64,000 nucleotides of DNA from Lepidodermella squamata (Eukaryota > Animalia > Gastrotricha): contig JBLDXI010000008.1 of assembly GCA_047495785.1 (NCBI GenBank), forward strand, positions 1-64,000. Direction: 5' to 3'. This document shows, piece after piece, positions 61,901 to 64,000 of the stretch. The notes beneath the pieces were generated by a model. The model was not told where the DNA came from. It searched no databases and saw only the letters and a program-made list of their open reading frames with translations. Position numbers and translations under genes: made by a program. Each line of letters begins with the position of its first letter. Within the stretch, counting starts at the first letter, position 1.

Positions 61901-63457
61901 ATAGTTTCACTTGCTACGACGATGGAACTTGGAGCGAGCCTGGGTACTGCCAAGGAATTGGTAGGAATTTCCGGAAATTTTGTATTGATTAATTTCCAAC
62001 TTTTCAAACAGATGTTCCGCAATGTGACGACCCTCCCCAAGTCGCCAACGGAAATATATCAGTCCATACCGAAGATAACATCTTCAACCCCGGAACAGTT
62101 GCTTTATTGACTTGCTTACAGGGCTACGAATTAGTTGGTTCTGGCTTGATGGTTTGCTTGAAGAACAATTCCTGGTCAATGCCAGGCGTTTGCAAGCAAA
62201 AAGGTCGCCAGCGGGGCGTTAAAGACATTTTAAACTCAATTTCTTTGCGATTTCAGGTCTTTGCAGTGTTCCATCGTTAGAGAATGGCTTCGTCTTGGAT
62301 GCAACCGAGAAAACTGTACTATCGGTTGGAGTTGAGATGGCCCCGGGACAAGCGGTAATAACGAAATGTAAACCAGGATTCGAGGTTAAGGATGGAGCCA
62401 TGGCATCGATTTGCCAAGCCGATTCGAGTTGGAAACCAAAAATTGGAGAATGCGCGAGAAAGGTAAATTGCATTCATTTGAAGGCCAATCCGATGTTCAA
62501 TCTTAACTTTCTTATTTCCTCAAGGATTGGATCGCCGAACAGCGGATGTTGATCGAGGCATGCATAAACGGCAATGTTGATAAGGCGCGAGAACTTCTCG
62601 GTCTCGGTTACCTGGACGCGAACTGGCGAGACGAACGGACCCTAGGCCCCTGGCCTGTCAAAAATGGCACAGCTCTTCATATCGCTCTGGTTCACTATGC
62701 ACCGTATGCCCTCATCGAACTGCTGGTTAACCCGAACCGAGCTAATGTCAACGCAAAGGAGGGAGAGTACGGCTCGTCGCCTCTTGAGATTGCTGTCGAC
62801 CATCCTGACCCCCAAGTTCTGAAGCTTTTGCTCGACCGAGGCGCAGCTGTTGATTCGAGGGAAGATCGTGCGGGTTGGACGGCGCTGATGACAGCCTCGA
62901 GCAAAGGCCACCTCGAAATGGTTCAGATTCTGCTCGACAACTACGCCGATGTGAACGTGACGTCCTTCAAGGGTAGCAATGCTTTGTCTGAGGCGTTGAA
63001 AGCGAAACATGAGGACATAGCTTTGTTACTAATCGATCGGAAGACTGATATTGATCATGCGAATGCGGATGGTGTTACAGCGATGGCTCTCGCGCAGAGC
63101 AATGCCTTGGCGAGGGTTGCTGACAAGTTGTATGAATTGAGGCCGACAACGACTACAACGACTACAACGACTACTACGACTACGACCACAACCACAACAA
63201 CGACACCTTGCGTGAGTTCTTTCAATAGAATCTGGGAATTTCGCATTGTTTGTGCGATTTTAGGACGGATTTCTTTGCCGTAACCGCCAGTGCGTTTCTT
63301 GGTCTGTGAAGTGTGATGGAGTTTACGACTGTGGTATGGATTTGCTTGAGAATTTTTCCTGATTTTATGTTATGATATTTTACACGCAGATGATCGAAGT
63401 GATGAATGGAACTGCCCAGTTACTACCCCAGAGCCAGCAACGACGACAACTCCTTAC
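58919..63457 (+). CDS. Signal-peptide protein: ankyrin repeats, 4 Sushi/CCP domains, ankyrin repeats, Thr-rich stalk, LDL-receptor class A (3' end not seen)
   Basis: Hydrophobic N-terminus; TLLHFAA/LPIHLAC/TPLFYAA; CCP exons ~61548-62461 (C.DGY.LVG...C...G.WS); ankyrins 62546-63120; poly-Thr 63144-63207; FLC..C....VKCDGVYDC..DRSDE.NC. Confidence 0.78.
60519..60715. repeat. Imperfect ~90-bp fold-back inside a coding exon
   Basis: 60619-60715 is the reverse complement of 60519-60609 with scattered 1-nt indels. Confidence 0.85.
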
Positions 63458-64000
63458 GTGAGTTTGATTTAGCCTGATATTTCTCATTCTTGTTTTTGTC
63501 AAAAACCTGTACTTTTTGTATCGCTTCGTCAATTCTGGCTTATAGTGCCCGTCTTACGATTTTCGATGCGTCTCAAGCAAACTGTGCATCTCTGCATCAC
63601 TTCGCTGTAACGGCAACAACGACTGCGGTTAGTTTTTGCTTAAAAAATCATGGTTCAGGGTTTGGACAAGAAATTTATTAAAAAACATAGTGCCGCCGGC
63701 ATTGCGTGGGGACTGATTTTTAAGAAACGACCTGATTTTATTAATTAACAGGGGTTCATATCTTCGAATTATCTAGAAAACATAATTTCAAACTTCGGAA
63801 AAATATAAAAAGGCTTCCGTATTGGTTTTCACATCAATTTATTAATGCTGAACTGGCGCGCAATTTTCAGGTTTTTGGCTGGTGTTAGGCAGTAGTTCGT
63901 GTTGCCCGTGGGTTGGGCTCGTCAAGTTAACTTTCGGCTGCCTGGCAGTGTATTAGTGCTTATTTTAAGTTGCGGCATTGTATATTTGATCAATTTTTGC

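Noticed and set aside
63055-63246. Poly-Val ORF on the minus strand
   Set aside because: Antisense shadow of the poly-Thr stalk.

Overview
Eukaryotic (invertebrate metazoan) genomic DNA. It is AT-rich with many short introns (~50-60 nt, mostly GT..TTTCAG-type) and uses the standard code; the taxon cannot be fixed from sequence alone. Bases 1-11.3 kb form one near-perfect inverted duplication (arms 1-5526 and 5777-~11299), probably a fold-back or assembly artefact. It covers a head-to-tail pair of related RTE-like non-LTR retrotransposons sitting in (TTTA)n tracts, plus CR1/L2 and MULE fragments. Bases 15-30 kb are rich in transposon debris (hAT MITEs with 8-bp TSDs, a hAT transposase remnant, an L2/CR1 3' end, a long-TIR MITE, a 34-bp P-like footprint). 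This region also holds an ankyrin gene and a 3-exon secreted double-cystine-knot peptide gene. Bases 30-64 kb are gene-dense: two divergent class C (GABA-B-like) GPCRs, a DUF288/STELLO-like protein, a CEPT1-type phosphotransferase and two paralogous membrane microproteins. They also contain a large mosaic gene (inactive astacin-EGF-CUB-kringle-novel Cys repeats-3 C-type lectins), two tandem NEK-like kinase-SAM(-ankyrin) genes, and a signal-peptide ankyrin/CCP/LDL-A protein that appears to run to the window end. All exon structures were traced by eye and are approximate.
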